DNA of 64,000 bases from Phoronis australis (taxonomy: Eukaryota; Animalia; Phoronida), in contig NMRA01000082.1 of the NCBI GenBank assembly GCA_002633005.1, positions 907,988-971,987 on the forward strand. Direction: 5' to 3'. Each line of letters starts with the position of its first letter. Within the stretch, counting starts at the first letter, position 1. The notes beneath the pieces were generated by a model, which was not told the DNA's origin, made no database searches, and saw only the letters and a program-made list of their open reading frames with translations. Made by a program: the position numbers and the translations under genes. Below, in pieces: positions 38,189 to 52,220 of this stretch.

Positions 38189-38983
38189 ACGTAGAAAACC
38201 GGTAGACTTTGGTGTTAGATTTTATATTAATCTGTTGTTAATTGGGTCACATGTACATGTATTTTTAGTAAAGTTTATCCAAAAAGGAAGGCACATCGAT
38301 AGCAAAGTGAGGGTATCAATAACATTTCCATATTTTGTTTAGTTTTATATGTTAAAGATCAATGGAATATTAATTTTCATTTCGCTTTTCCTGGGGTATC
38401 TTCTCCACTGAGATGCTTAGTTATTGTGTGGGTCACGATTTTTAATGAATGCCAACTTTTCCTTTTCTCCGTAGTGCCGCGGCAGTTTGACTTTAAAAAA
38501 CGGACCGTTCCTTTGAATTTTCAGCTGTAACTCTTGGGTGGATTCTGAAACTTTTACTTATTTCCATACAAACAACTACTGAAATGAAATGAATTATGTT
38601 TTTTTTTCTCTTTGCTGAAATACTTGCATGCTTTCTATTTCCAGACGTACTTGATGCGATTGCCTCGTTCCGCGTATACGTGTACATGTATGGTGTCTAC
38701 CAGAACATGCCGCACACTGGTTGTTCATGCTTTGTGCTGTTGGTTACGGCTTCAAGATGGAAATTGTCGGGTAAGGTCATTCCAGGTTCAGTTGGTGAAC
38801 GTTAGACATCCAGTCGATAAATGTCAGCAAAAAACTAATACTGTACCTTCTTTCCTCGCCAATTACGTCATCAGCTAAATAACACCACGGTAATTGCTAT
38901 AGTGAAAGTCCTCGCAATGAGGACGCAACGTCGCTCAGTTGAAATGTTAGTTCAATATTAGTTTTTTTTTGTTTTGCTGTTAT

Positions 38984-39202
38984 CATGCGCGAACCCAGGG
39001 GGCTCGGGGGGCTCGAACAAGCCCCCTTATTTGGCGAATCAGGCCAAAAAGTCGCCTCAGAGAAACAAAAAGTCCGAGAAAACGAGACAGAAGTCCACTA
39101 AAAAGGTCTGACGTGATACCCCGTTTTAAGATCCCCTTTTAGTAAAAGGTCCACATTATCAAAATTTCGAGACACCTATATTTTAGGCTGGGTACGCGCA
39201 TG
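38984..39202 (-). mobile_element. MITE-like element, family A, reverse orientation
   Basis: catgcgcgaaccc ... gggtacgcgcatg with perfect 5-bp TSD gttat; core is the reverse complement of the cores at 18538 and 23495. Confidence 0.7.
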
Positions 39203-40734
39203 GTTATCCCAGGTTAGTTTGCAACATTGAAAATGGTTGGTCCAAAAATCTTTTTAAAACCTTGTTTACGGTCATTTCAGCTTGAATACTTTTGGTCAGC
39301 TTGAATAATATTGGTCAGTTTGAATAATATTGGTCAGCTTGAACACGAAGGCGTACTTTCTCCATCTTTGCATATGAAAACGAATACGGATTGTTCTGGC
39401 TTGTCAAAAGTGTATTACTCTCGAGTCAAAGGCATCAATTGTTTATATTACGAACGTTATAGAGTTTTTTATAACTATACAAAATATATCATTTTTTTGT
39501 AGTTTGATGAGTGGTAACTGGCTACCAGTTGAAGCCGAGGTTTTGGTCAGCATTTCGAGTGAGTCAGTGATTCAAGGTATTTTCGATGGAAAGAATCGCA
39601 ACAGCATAGTGACATCTTCTTTTTAGAACTACGAAGTTTGGACAGTGGAATGTAATACCGCTGGTCTACAAGTCATAACTTAGCGCTGCTTCAGGACAAA
39701 CTGTAGTATTGCGTGTGGGGGTTCAATGGAACAAAAAATTCTCTGTGATAAAGATCGTGAGGCATCTCGAGAAAAATCACATCGCGTGTGCTGGCCTTTA
39801 GATTATTGAGAAAACAATGTTCCGTCATGCGGTATGACAGTTAATTATACCGGCACCGTTCCTTTCCTTTTGGACAATTGTGAGATTTCTCAAACACGAA
39901 AGTACATGTACCTGCATGTCTAGGCAACCTTGCCAAAGCCAGGTAGCTCATTTTTTTCTATTCAAGAAGTCCGCGCTCGGTCTTACGCAATCAGTGTAAG
40001 ACGTGTCTGTGAAAACAATTATTTTGGAGCTGAAACCTTGTACCACAGTGGCGTTTTAACGCCCTGGTGAGGTCTGCAGACAATTCTTTTTGGAGCACTG
40101 AACCGTGAAGCGCATTTATGTCCATGTGGTGCCATAGAGACGGAATCACACGGGTTATTATTTTATCAACGAACATCTGACATCAGATTTCAGTTCAGTT
40201 GTCTAAACGCACCAATTGGCAGTCTTCTGAGTGACCAGCGCTATTGGTTTAAATGGCGATCCAAACACCTTCCTTCTAAGAAGCTGCACAGTTTAACGTA
40301 CTACGTTAGTGTATCTCCATTGGTCCGTGTATGGAAACCTCTTCGCACGCTCTTCACATTAAACTGCTACTACTACCAGAACTACATCTTCTAGTATTTC
40401 CACGGGGGCACGATATGTATTAGTTATAGACTTCCTTTCTTGCGGGGAAACTCACATCGAGGGTCTACTATTATACGGTCAGATTGGTAGCGAAAAGTTT
40501 TATCCAGAACCTTAATGTACAAAACCTTCAACAAAATTACTACAACAAGAGTGGTTCTAGGTGGCCCATGAAAAGTTTAAAAGCTCTAAAATCGATGCAC
40601 ATCAATTAAATGAAATATCATCATAATTCAACATAAGTTAATATTAACAAATAAGCAATACAATAAAAACGGAGAAAAAAACAAAACAAAACAGGACGTT
40701 AATGTCAAACAATGTAACATAAACTAGTATGAAA

Positions 40735-42900
40735 GCTAGGATAGTCACCATAACCATGTATCCTCCTCTCCATACTCAATGAGTCTTGATTGTATTGTAA
40801 GGCCAGGTCGTTCATACACGTTGTTATACACAAGCCCAATGTTATCCAAACTACTCGCAATGTTGGGATGGTCACCACAACCGTGTATCCTCGTCTCCAT
40901 TTTCAGTGGGTCTTGGTAGTGTTGTAAATTGACGTCCTACTTACACGTGTTGTTATACACTCGCCCAATGTTGTTCAAACTATCCGCAATGCTGGGTTGA
41001 TCACCGTGTATCCTCCTCTTCATACCCACTGAGTCTTGATAGTATATCACGGCTAAGTCGTTATTTCTCATGTCTTTACACACGTTCCCGATGACATTAA
41101 GACGAAGTGAAATTCACCCATGCTTGAACCCCATTCTATTTCTTATATTCCAACTCAGACTTGTTCATTTCGTGCCAGCTTCCAATCGTATTCAAACTAT
41201 TCATAATCTCTGTTCGCCATGGTTATGAATTGGAAGCCTGCTTTTGGTGATGTGTTTTCGCCAGATCATTCTGACAGCATGCAAGTTATATTTTAAAACC
41301 TCTTCGAACTGTTACTCTGCTTGGTAGGTTTTACTGGTATTGAAGAGGCAGCGCAATACTGTCCTGTTTATGTGGTTTCAGACAACGTCCTTTCCTTTGT
41401 ACTGAAAAACTTTGTCCTCCTGGAGCCTTATGTATGGATTTGCCGTAGCTAATTCAATGTGAGCAAAAGCAAAAATCTTTCTCTGGTACCTCCGCATGCG
41501 AAACAGTATAATTCAATTAAACCATGTAAATGATTTCTATGGAAAACTTTCATTAAGTTTTCGCTTTGTACAAGCATCTAATAACTGATCACTTCTCACA
41601 AATTCTGCTAACGGTAACAATGAATAATACAGAATTAATAAAAGTTTGATTTTGCTATATCCTGATTCGGTATTTCTGCCCGGCTCAGATGACTTTGACT
41701 TTAAAACAAACAGTTCATGCTGTTTTGACTTCTTGCAGTACATCACGAGTCTGAAAGCGACCACGATAGAAATTACCTCAACTACGTTATGCTCACCATC
41801 GGTTGTCAATATGGATTCAGACATCGTCTTGTCAACGGTGTCCCAGATAAAGCCATTCTTCAAAAATAACGGTTTCAGTAGTACGACGACCATAGCTGGC
41901 AACCGCAACATCTCTTTTTTGTTGTCATGAGTTGCCCTGTGTTCCTTGTGAAAACCCAGTTTCGGTAAGAATTCTTCCAGTAGGCCACGGATACCCTGAT
42001 TGTACTGTCTGCCTTAGTGTCATCTGCGCTTATGGCCGTCTGAGATTTGCACATTGTAGTCATTGTTTGGGTTTTTTATCACTTCTACGCCTTGTCTTGC
42101 GGGTCTGCCAGGTCTTCCAACTGTCCCAACTACTGCATTGTCACTGAACCAGTTCTCACCAGATGTGTCATTCCTTGTCATTGAGTGACTTAATATTCTT
42201 GGTTCTCAGATTTGTTTCTCCAATGTTCAAAAATACTATATGCACAAGTCGAACCATGTTTCTGAAGTACTCGAGATCTTGGCGTCGTCTTTTACCAAAA
42301 TGGCCCAATCCAAGTCCTAATGAGGTGTTAAATCTCCCTTCGCTAAAGGTCCTATAATGACAATGGCGGCGTATTCCTGGCGGGTGGGACTAATATCTCA
42401 TTTTGCATTTTGAAGAAGATCTTTGTGAAATATCCTCAAGTTGGTATTCAGATCTTCGAAAGCATGCCTTGTTTACTTAACAAACTCCTTTTCTACCATC
42501 ACTCTTTCACTATTTTCTATTTCTAAGTTCAGTATATGAGCCAACGCGGCCACTAGGCCTATCCGATTTGCCTTAGGAGCAACATTTTTCCTTATGCGTT
42601 ATAAGTTTTCTTTTATTTCACATCTGAATTCCTTTGAATTTTTTATTTGATATTGACACGATGCAGTACAATACTCGTTCATCTTGTTCCATTGGTGCTT
42701 CAAGCTTTACAATCATTTCAGTCTCGTTATATGACATTAATGCGACGTTGTATAACGCCGAGACCGTAACAAAATACTGTGCACTCTCTTGCAATAAACC
42801 TCGTCTCTTGTAATGGTTACGGGTTTTTGAACTGAAGGACTTCACCAAATACTCTTTTACTGAATAATTATGTGTATAACAGATGGTGTTTCATGTACCG
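40735..42900 (-). pseudogene. Intronless TPR + pol-beta-superfamily (GlnD/GlnE-like, DUF294-type) nucleotidyltransferase pseudogene
   Basis: Minus-strand translation, N to C: KRRGLLQESAQYFVTVSALYNVAL; AAIVIIGPLAKGDLTPH*DLDWAILV; /EYFRNMVRLVHIVFLNIGETNLRTKNIKSLND; KKEMLRLPAMVV...IWDTVDK...FRLVMY; then three KLC/NPHP3-type TPRs (IADSLNNIGRVY, HPNIASSLDNIGLVY). Multiple stops and frameshifts. Confidence 0.75.
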
Positions 42901-43305
42901 ATACGCCATGTGGTTATTCTACTCATACTCAGCGTGCTCATGAATTCTATATCTTGTCAAGTTGCTTAGCAGAAGCTATTGGTAAGAGTTCTTATAGGGG
43001 TGATACGAGTTCAGTGCATCGTCAATCTGATTTTGACTTTGACTTGTACACAAGTAAGCGAAATCTTTTGGGTTCATGACGCAATGCAGGTAAACCAAGT
43101 TTTGGTCCCATATGACTTTCACTACGTAGATTTAAAGCTAATTTAAATATATTCTATTCCATATAAATAATCATTGGCTAAAAACTTGCTGATCTTGAAA
43201 GTGAGGTACTCTCTCTGAAAAGAAGTCAGGTATGTGGAAAGTAGTGGGGTTTCTCATGGGCGGCGCAGCACTGAAATAAGTGGCGGGCTATAGCCCCCCC
43301 CCCCC

Positions 43306-43939
43306 NNNNNNNNNNNNNNNNNNNNNNNNNNNNNNNNNNNNNNNNNNNNNNNNNNNNNNNNNNNNNNNNNNNNNNNNNNNNNNNNNNNNNNNNNNNNNNN
43401 NNNNNNNNNNNNNNNNNNNNNNNNNNNNNNNNNNNNNNNNNNNNNNNNNNNNNNNNNNNNNNNNNNNNNNNNNNNNNNNNNNNNNNNNNNNNNNNNNNNN
43501 NNNNNNNNNNNNNNNNNNNNNNNNNNNNNNNNNNNNNNNNNNNNNNNNNNNNNNNNNNNNNNNNNNNNNNNNNNNNNNNNNNNNNNNNNNNNNNNNNNNN
43601 NNNNNNNNNNNNNNNNNNNNNNNNNNNNNNNNNNNNNNNNNNNNNNNNNNNNNNNNNNNNNNNNNNNNNNNNNNNNNNNNNNNNNNNNNNNNNNNNNNNN
43701 NNNNNNNNNNNNNNNNNNNNNNNNNNNNNNNNNNNNNNNNNNNNNNNNNNNNNNNNNNNNNNNNNNNNNNNNNNNNNNNNNNNNNNNNNNNNNNNNNNNN
43801 NNNNNNNNNNNNNNNNNNNNNNNNNNNNNNNNNNNNNNNNNNNNNNNNNNNNNNNNNNNNNNNNNNNNNNNNNNNNNNNNNNNNNNNNNNNNNNNNNNNN
43901 NNNNNNNNNNNNNNNNNNNNNNNNNNNNNNNNNNNNNNN
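43306..43939. other. Assembly gap (634 N)
   Basis: Run of n; the left contig ends in the poly-C of a family-B MITE. Confidence 0.99.
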
Positions 43940-45460
43940 CAACTACGTTATGCTCACCATCGGTTGTCAATATGGATTCAGACATCGTCTTGTCAACGGT
44001 GTCCCAGATAAAGCCATTCTTCAAAAATAACGGTTTCAGTAGTACGACGACCATAGCTGGCAACCGCAACATCTCTTTTTTGTTGTCATGAGTTGCCCTG
44101 TGTTCCTTGTGAAAACCCAGTTTCGGTAAGAATTCTTCCAGTAGGCCACGGATACCCTGATTGTACTGTCTGCCTTAGTGTCATCTGCGCTTATGGCCGT
44201 CTGAGATTTGCACATTGTAGTCATTGTTTGGGTTTTTTATCACTTCTACGCCTTGTCTTGCGGGTCTGCCAGGTCTTCCAACTGTCCCAACTACTGCATT
44301 ATCACTGAACCAGTTCTCACCAGATGTGTCATTCCTTGTCATTGAGTGACTTAATATTCTTGGTTCTCAGATTTGTTTCTCCAATGTTCAAAAATACTAT
44401 ATGCACAAGTCGAACCATGTTTCTGAAGTACTCGAGATCTTGGCGTCGTCTTTTACCAAAATGGCCCAATCCAAGTCCTAATGAGGTGTTAAATCTCCCT
44501 TCGCTAAAGGTCCTATAATGACAATGGCGGCGTATTCCTGGCGGGTGGGACTAATATCTCATTTTGCATTTTGAAGAAGATCTTTGTGAAATATCCTCAA
44601 GTTGGTATTCAGATCTTCGAAAGCATGCCTTGTTTACTTAACAAACTCCTTTTCTACCATCACTCTTTCACTATTTTCTATTTCTAAGTTCAGTATATGA
44701 GCCAACGCGGCCACTAGGCCTATCCGATTTGCCTTAGGAGCAGCATTTTTCCTTATGCGTTATAAGTTTTCTTTTATTTCACATCTGAATTCCTTTGAAT
44801 TTTTTATTTGATATTGACACGATGCAGTACAATACTCGTTCATCTTGTTCCATTGGTGCTTCAAGCTTTACAATCATTTCAGTTTCGTTATATGACATTA
44901 ATGCGACGTTGTATAACGCCGAGACCGTAACAAAATACTGTGCACTCTCTTGCAATAAACCTCGTCTCTTGCAATGGTTACGCGTTTTTGAACTGAAGGA
45001 CTTCACCAAATACTCTTTTACTGAATAATTATGTGTATAACAGATGGTGTTTCATGTACCGATACGCCATGTGGTTATTCTACTCATACTCAGCGTGCTC
45101 ATGAATTCTATATCTTGTCAAATTGCTTAGCAGAAGCTATTGGTAAGAGTTCTTATAGGGGTGATACGAGTTCAGTGCATCGTCAATCTGATTTTGACTT
45201 TGACTTGTACACAAGTAAGCGAAATCTTTTGGGTTCATGACGCAATGCAGGTAAACCAAGTTTTGGTCCCTTATGACTTTCACTACATAGATTTAAAGCT
45301 CAATTTAAATCATTCTATTCCATATAAATAATCATTGGCTAAAAACTTGCTGGTCTTGAAAGTAAGGTACTCTCTCTGAAAAGAAGTCAAGTATGTGGAA
45401 AGTAGTGGGGTTTCTCATGGGCGGCGCAGCACTGAAATAAGTGGGGGGCTACAGCCCCCC
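43940..45460. repeat. Near-identical second copy of 41779-43305 (includes the 5' half of the TPR-NTase pseudogene); probable uncollapsed haplotype
   Basis: Constant offset of 2161 with only scattered SNPs; the two copies abut the N gap. Confidence 0.85.
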
Positions 45461-45485
45461 AGTCCCCTGTGGTGCGCCACCCATG
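45416..45485 (+). mobile_element. Tiny MITE, family B (TIR CATGGGCGGC)
   Basis: catgggcggcgc ... gcgccacccatg; same element reversed at 58150-58231 and gap-truncated at 43255-43305. Confidence 0.6.
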
Positions 45486-48440
45486 AATTTTCTTTTCCAG
45501 TGGGGTTAACAGGGTCACTGGTGATAATAATATTATTAGTAAACATATTTATCGTAATTAATCTTGCTCGGGGCATGCGACAAGCCATGTTGCAGAGTAA
45601 TGCTAAAAATACACTGAGAAAAAACTTAGGTCTTGTAGACGACTAGGTAGGTGGCTGAATGAACTAGACCATGCCACACTGAACAAAGGAAATGTGTGTG
45701 ACCAATCAGGTGTCGCGTAGAAAGGTGTGTGAATACAACAGTAGAACCCGGATGATATGAATAGAAATGAGTAATGTAAAATAAACCCTAAGGGTTGATA
45801 TAAAAATATAAATGAGAAATGTGAAAACAATGACTAGTTTAAATTTAACTTTCAATTGTGTTCACAATCACAATTCACAATTTGCCTATAACTTCAATGA
45901 TCCACTCCTTAACGTTATGTAGGACCTTACTGAGAAAAGTCAATTCAAAGTCAGATACCAGAAAAGCTAGTCTGTGTCAACTTGTAAAAGTGTATGTTTT
46001 CTGAAATAAGAATTGTCGGGTATTATAAAAATATGCTTGATGCTTACGTGTCGTTGTAACTATGAACGCGACACCTATCGGCGAGGTAATATGGACCGTA
46101 TGCGAGGTGATGTGGATATAGACCGATTAAGACGGTAAAAAATACTCATTAAGTCGGGTGGCATTCTCCTTTAAATCCATTATCTGTAGCTCACAAACTT
46201 GCAGTAGTTGTGATTGTAGTTGTAATAATTTGAAGTTACAAAAATGGATACTAAAATGAATGAAATAAATCATTGTTATTATCACTGTTGTTGTTGTTAT
46301 TGTTATTACTGTTTTATATGCTTAAATAGGCGCTTTTATTAAAATTAAATTCAATGCATTTCACACACTGAAATAGTATCCGACTCTTTCGATCTCTGAT
46401 GTACAGAAAGTTATGGAGTTCACACGCACGCCAGACTTATATGTAACCAGGGCTGTGTTGGGTCACGAGATCATCACCTCACTGATGGATGAGTAAACAT
46501 TCTCAGTACTGGTTACGGTCAGATTAATTTGCATTGCCAAACGAGTGTTTTAGTCTGATCATAAAGAACTCCTCAGGCGGACAAAGGTCAATAAATCTAC
46601 TTCCAACCCCTCCACAAAAGGGATTTTGTTACGGCAGACTGATCTGTGAGGACACACTCTTCCTGTCAGAAATTGCCATGGTTAGTCGAGTCGATTGGTC
46701 GCATGGGCATGAGTTCCGAATCCACACACAGATACTACAACAACTAATTGTGAAACCGAAAAAATGACATGAACATTTCCTATTTGGCTCACACGCAGAC
46801 TATATTTCATTCTACGTACATAGTTACCAAAAGTGCACTAGACTTTCCCATAATACTGTCGCATTCTAATGCCGCGTCTATATCCCACAAGGCCTTGCTT
46901 CAGCAAAGGGTGTTAGATCCAAGGCCACGGTTTAAGTCTTTGTAGCTCGGCCGAAAATGAAGAAAATGGGATGGGTCGGGTTTGACGTTAGTGTAGTTTG
47001 TGGACTAAATGAAAGTGATTGCCACGAATGGTTTTCAGTAGCTCATTGAAGTTGTTTTGAGTAAACTGAGTCTAGAAAATTGGCCTCGGCTCTTGTCTAC
47101 TTGGATACGGAAGTGCCGCCATTTTGAGTGCACATTCCTTTTCAGTGCTGAATTCTTGGTTCGAGGCCAGGTGCCGTTCAGAAAAATGGAAATTGTCAAA
47201 AATCTGGTTGGTAATGACATATTTTAATCCAAATTTCTGGAATTTACAGTGAAAGAGTAGTCGCATTACGTTTAAAATAAGAATTTAATTTTTAAACCTT
47301 TATTAGCCATGTAACGAAACACGTTGCATAAACACTAATCAATGTAAATGAATATAAAGCATACTTTAAACATAAATGAATCCCACTCCGCATTCACTCT
47401 CATCCCTTGCGAGCGAATTGCGTAGCACAACTTTATTAGAAATTAGTTTTAAAAACGAAAGTTGTCCGCTTGCGCGTCAATTGTTAATTTTAACACTTCG
47501 TTGATAAAACATCAATCTTAAAGCGGCTATTGGCCGTTATTAAATTGTTCCCTCGTCAAATTCGAGGTGTTTTCAAGGCTTCGAAAGAACCAAACGTTTG
47601 GTGATTGAGATCCAGTCAGGGCCTGGTGCATCTACACCTAATCTTTGCTACTGGAAATCGAACTGGGGAATTATTTTTGACATTCTCCGTTCCATTTTTG
47701 GGCTAGGTTACATCATGGTTTACTGACGATTTTCTGTTCCTAGTTTGAACTTGTTGACACTAGAATTAATTGAAAGCTGTAGGTTCGAGTTTGTAGGTTG
47801 ATAGAAGGGGTCATCCAGTGAGAACTAGAGTAGACAGTCGTCCGTCTAAACCGTAATATATTCTAGCACAAAATAATTGAAGCATGTCTTAGACGATTTC
47901 GTACAAAAATAGAACGGAAAATGACAAAAATAATTTTGAGCTTAATTTCTTGTTCAAAAATCAGACGCCATGATAAGGCTCCGACATTGGCTTGTCAATG
48001 CGTGTCATTTTATGCGCCGAGCCTGGTCTCAGTGAACGATATACTGGTGTTCGCAAACTCAAAGTAAGGAACAAGTTGACACCAATTTTATAGCGGCAAG
48101 CGGTCCAAATCAAAAGTTCGATTCTTGTACGATTTATAGACCCTTTGATTAAAGAGGTAAACGTGAAAACTTCAGTTGATAAACCTTCGTTTCAGTTAAG
48201 GTGTATTTGATTGATTGACACTGCGTAGGTACAGGCTGTTGAGTGCAAATTAGGTTTCTAGGTTTACATCAGCAAGTTGATGACATATTGTTAGGGTTAC
48301 ATTTTAACCCAAATTCACTGAATAGCTGAACATATTATGCACTAGCTGGAATTTACTGGACCCAAAAAGTGATTTGCCAAACGAAATCCTAGACGCTGCC
48401 TGCAGATCACCCAATCCGAATTTACCAATGGTTGGCGGCG

Positions 48441-48538
48441 TTACTTCCTGTACCATTTTTGAGCTTGGCCCATTCGTTTGATCTTTTTCTGTAACTGCAA
48501 CACGCCGTAAAGCAACGCTTCAGCTGTTGGCGGACAAC
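48441..48538 (-). other. NDUFS7: Redundant copy of NDUFS7 paralog 2 exon 6, inside block 48289-49354 (appears identical to 52774-53839)
   Basis: No differences seen at offset 4485; the blocks end at single-N joins 49355 and 52773, consistent with a contig-overlap artefact. Confidence 0.75.
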
Positions 48539-49865
48539 CTGGAAATCAAAAACTGTACACTAAACTCTAAATACAATTCCCAAGTGCCTGGCACTATCAC
48601 TGTCGACAGTATCGAGTGCCATGCCACTACCACTACTACTACTGCTACTGCTACTGCAACTACTGCTGCAGCTATTATACCCGACTGTTAGTAACAGTGG
48701 CTCTCTTACCGCAGATATACGTACTAATATACCAGCTGATACTTACGACTACTGCTACAACTACAAGAACTACTACTACTACTACTATTACTATTACTAC
48801 TGCTATTTCAGGCACCACAATCGCAATGGTAGCATATAGTATAAGTGATTATATTAATTGCGGTAGTAGCAGTAGCAGTACTGGTAGGGTAACAACAATA
48901 GCAATCATGGAAGTAGCGTTACTATACTAGTTGTAGGCTAGTATGTTACGGTAGAGGTAGCGGTTGAACACTAGAGCTAGTTGTAGTTTAAGACTGAATT
49001 TATACTAACCATACTTCTAGTAGACACGTGTCAATTAGAAGAAATAGTCCATAGGAATAACATCCCGACTACTTCAACTATCGATCTCTACTCGATCGGT
49101 GAACCACTTCTACTCACCTGGTACACTATCAGTCTACGGGTTCGAGTCGGTCTACACCACGTACTACTGAGTAACTGTAACGGTAGTACCCCCCGCTGTT
49201 AGCAGTGACTAACCCAAATATCAATATACTCACCTCGGCACATAAATATCCACGGGTATGAGTCGGTCTACACCCCGTACTACTGAGTAACTGTAATGGG
49301 AGTACCTCCCGACGTTAGCAGCGACCAACCCAAATATTAATATACTCACCTGGTNACAAACACCCTGTTATGAACAAAAATTTTCCCATGAGTTCCTGAA
49401 GAAAGCCAAAAGTGCAACATATTTAGGACTACAGGGATCAAGTGTTGGTGACTCTAATGCCATGTCACCATCTTTGAGAGGGCTTGACTAACTTTATCAG
49501 AACTTTGATTGATCTGATGATGTCTAAGGAACAAAACCATAGACTATTGTTTTAAGTGATATGCTTGAATATTTTATATTCCTAGAAGACTGTCACAAAA
49601 ACATGTTTTTGTGAATTGCAAAATAAACCATATTTTCTGTCAATATGAGTATTGTATTTCATTTTCAGGATGATACTTAACTTTACAATAATATTGTATG
49701 CTTCCTATCGAACGTGATCGTTTACACTTGCCTTGCCCATGCCCTAAAAATGTACGCAACAATCACACCCCTACATCGGCATGGAATGTTCTGTATTTGG
49801 CTAAAAAAATCTGTATTTTTGTGTCAAAGAGTCTGTATTTCAATCAAAAGGGGGTGGCAGCTCTG

Positions 49866-52165
49866 TGGATGAGTAAACATTCTCTGTACTGGTTACGGTC
49901 AGATTAATTTGCATTGCCAAACGAGTGTTTTAGTCTGATCATAAAGAACTCCTCAGGCGGACAAAGGTCAATAAACCTACTTCCAACCGTCCACAAAAGG
50001 GATTTTGTTACGGCAGACTGATCTGTGAGGACACACTCTTCCTGTCAGAAATTACCATGGTTAGTCGAGTCGATTGGTCGCATGGGCATGAGTTCCGAAT
50101 CCACACATAGATACTACAACAACTAATTGTGAAACCGAAAAAAGGACATGAACATTTCCTATTTGGCTCACACGCAGACTGTATTTCATTCTACGTACAT
50201 AGTTACCAAAAGTGCACTAGACTTTCCCATAATACTGTCGCATTCTAATGCCGCGTCTATATCCCACAAGGCCTTGCTTCAGCAAAGGGTGTTAGATCCA
50301 AGGCCACGGTTTAAGTCTTTGTAGCTCGGCCGAAAAGAAAATGGGATGGGTCGGGTTTGACGTTAGTGTAGTTTGTGGACTAAATGAAAGTGATTGCCAC
50401 GAATGGTTTTCAGTAGCTCATTGAAGTTGTTTTGAGTAAACCGAGTCTAGAAAATTGGCCTCGGCTCTTGTCTACTCGGATACGGAAAAGCCGCCATTTT
50501 GAGTGCACATTCCTTTTCAGTGCTGAATTCTTGGTTCGAGGCCAGGTGCCCTTCAGAAAAATGGAAATTGTCAAAAATCTGGTTGGTAAAGACATATTTT
50601 AATCCAAATTTCTGGAATTTACAGTGAAAGAGTAGTCGCATTACTTGACGTGTAAACTAAGAATATTTAAATTTTAAACCTTTATTAACCATGTAACGAA
50701 ACACGTTGCATAAACACTAATCAATGTAAATGAATATAAAGCATACTTTAAACATAAATGAATCCCACTCCGCATTCACTCTCATCCCTTGCGAGCGAAT
50801 TGCTTAGCACAACTTTATTAGAAATTAGTTTTATAAACGAAAGTTATCCGCTTGCGCGTCAATCGTTAATTTTAACACTTCGTTGATAAAACATCAATTT
50901 TAAAGCGGCTATTGGCCGTTATTAGATTGTTTCCTCGTCAAATTCGAGGTGTTTTCAAGGCTTCGAAAGAACCAAACGTTCGGTGATTGAGATCCAGTCA
51001 GGGCCTGGTGCATCTACACCTAATCTTTGCTACTGGAAATCGAACTGGGGAATTATTTTTGACATTCTCCGTTCCATTTTTGGGCTAGATTACATCATGG
51101 TTTACGGACGATTTTCTGTTCATAGTTTGAACTTGTTGACACGAGAATTAATTAAAAGCTGTAGGTTCGAGTTAGTAGGTTGATAGAAGGGGTCATCCAG
51201 TGAGAACTAGGAGTAGACAGTCGTCCGTCTAAACCGTAATATATTCTAGCACAAAGTAATTGAAGCATGTCTTAGACGATTTCGTACAAAAATAGAACGG
51301 AAAATGACAAAAATAATTTTGAGCTCAATTTCTAGTTCAAAAATCAGACGCCAGGATAAGGCTCCGACACATTGGCTTGTCAATGCGTGTCATTTTATGC
51401 GCCGAGCCTGGTCTCAGTGAACGATATACTGTCAGGTGTTCGCAAACTCAAAGTAAGGAACAAGTTGACACCAATTTTCTAGCAGCAAGCTGTCCAAATG
51501 AAAAGTTCGATTCTTGTAGGATTTATAGACCCTTTGATTAAAGAACCTATTAAAGGTAAACGTGAAGACTTCAGTTGATAAACCTTCGTTTCAATTAAGG
51601 TTTATTTGATTGATTGACACTTCGTAGGTACAGGCTGTTGAGTGCAAATTAGGTTTCTAGATTTACTTCAGCAAGTTGATGACATAATGTTAGGGTTACA
51701 TTTTAACCCAAATTCACTGAATAGCTGAACATATTATGCACTAGCTGGAATTTATTGGACCCAAAAAGTGATTTGCCAAACGAAATCCTAGACGCTGCCT
51801 GCAGATCACCCAATCCGAATTTACCAATGGTTGGCGGCGTTACTTTCTGTACCATTTTTGAGCTTGACCCATTCGTTTGATTTTTTTCTGTAACTGCAAC
51901 ACGCCGTAAAGCAACGCTTCAGCCGTTGGCGGACAACCTGGAAATCAAAAACTGTACACTAAACTCTAAATACAATTCCCAAGTGCCTGGCACTATCACT
52001 GTCGACAGTATCGAGTGCCATGCCACTACCACTACTACTACTACTACTGGTACTGCAGGTACTATATGCACTATTAGTACTAGTGGCTCTTTTACCGCAA
52101 ATATACGTAGTAATATACCACCTGATGCTGCCAGTATACTTACGACTACTTTTACAACTACAAGA

Positions 52166-52220
<55 letters not shown>

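Noticed and set aside
43226-44072. Long ORFs in the ORF track containing X runs
   Set aside because: Artefacts of translating the N gap.
41779-45460. Apparent tandem duplication of the TPR-NTase pseudogene
   Set aside because: Near-identical copies directly flank the N gap at constant offset, typical of an uncollapsed allelic overlap.
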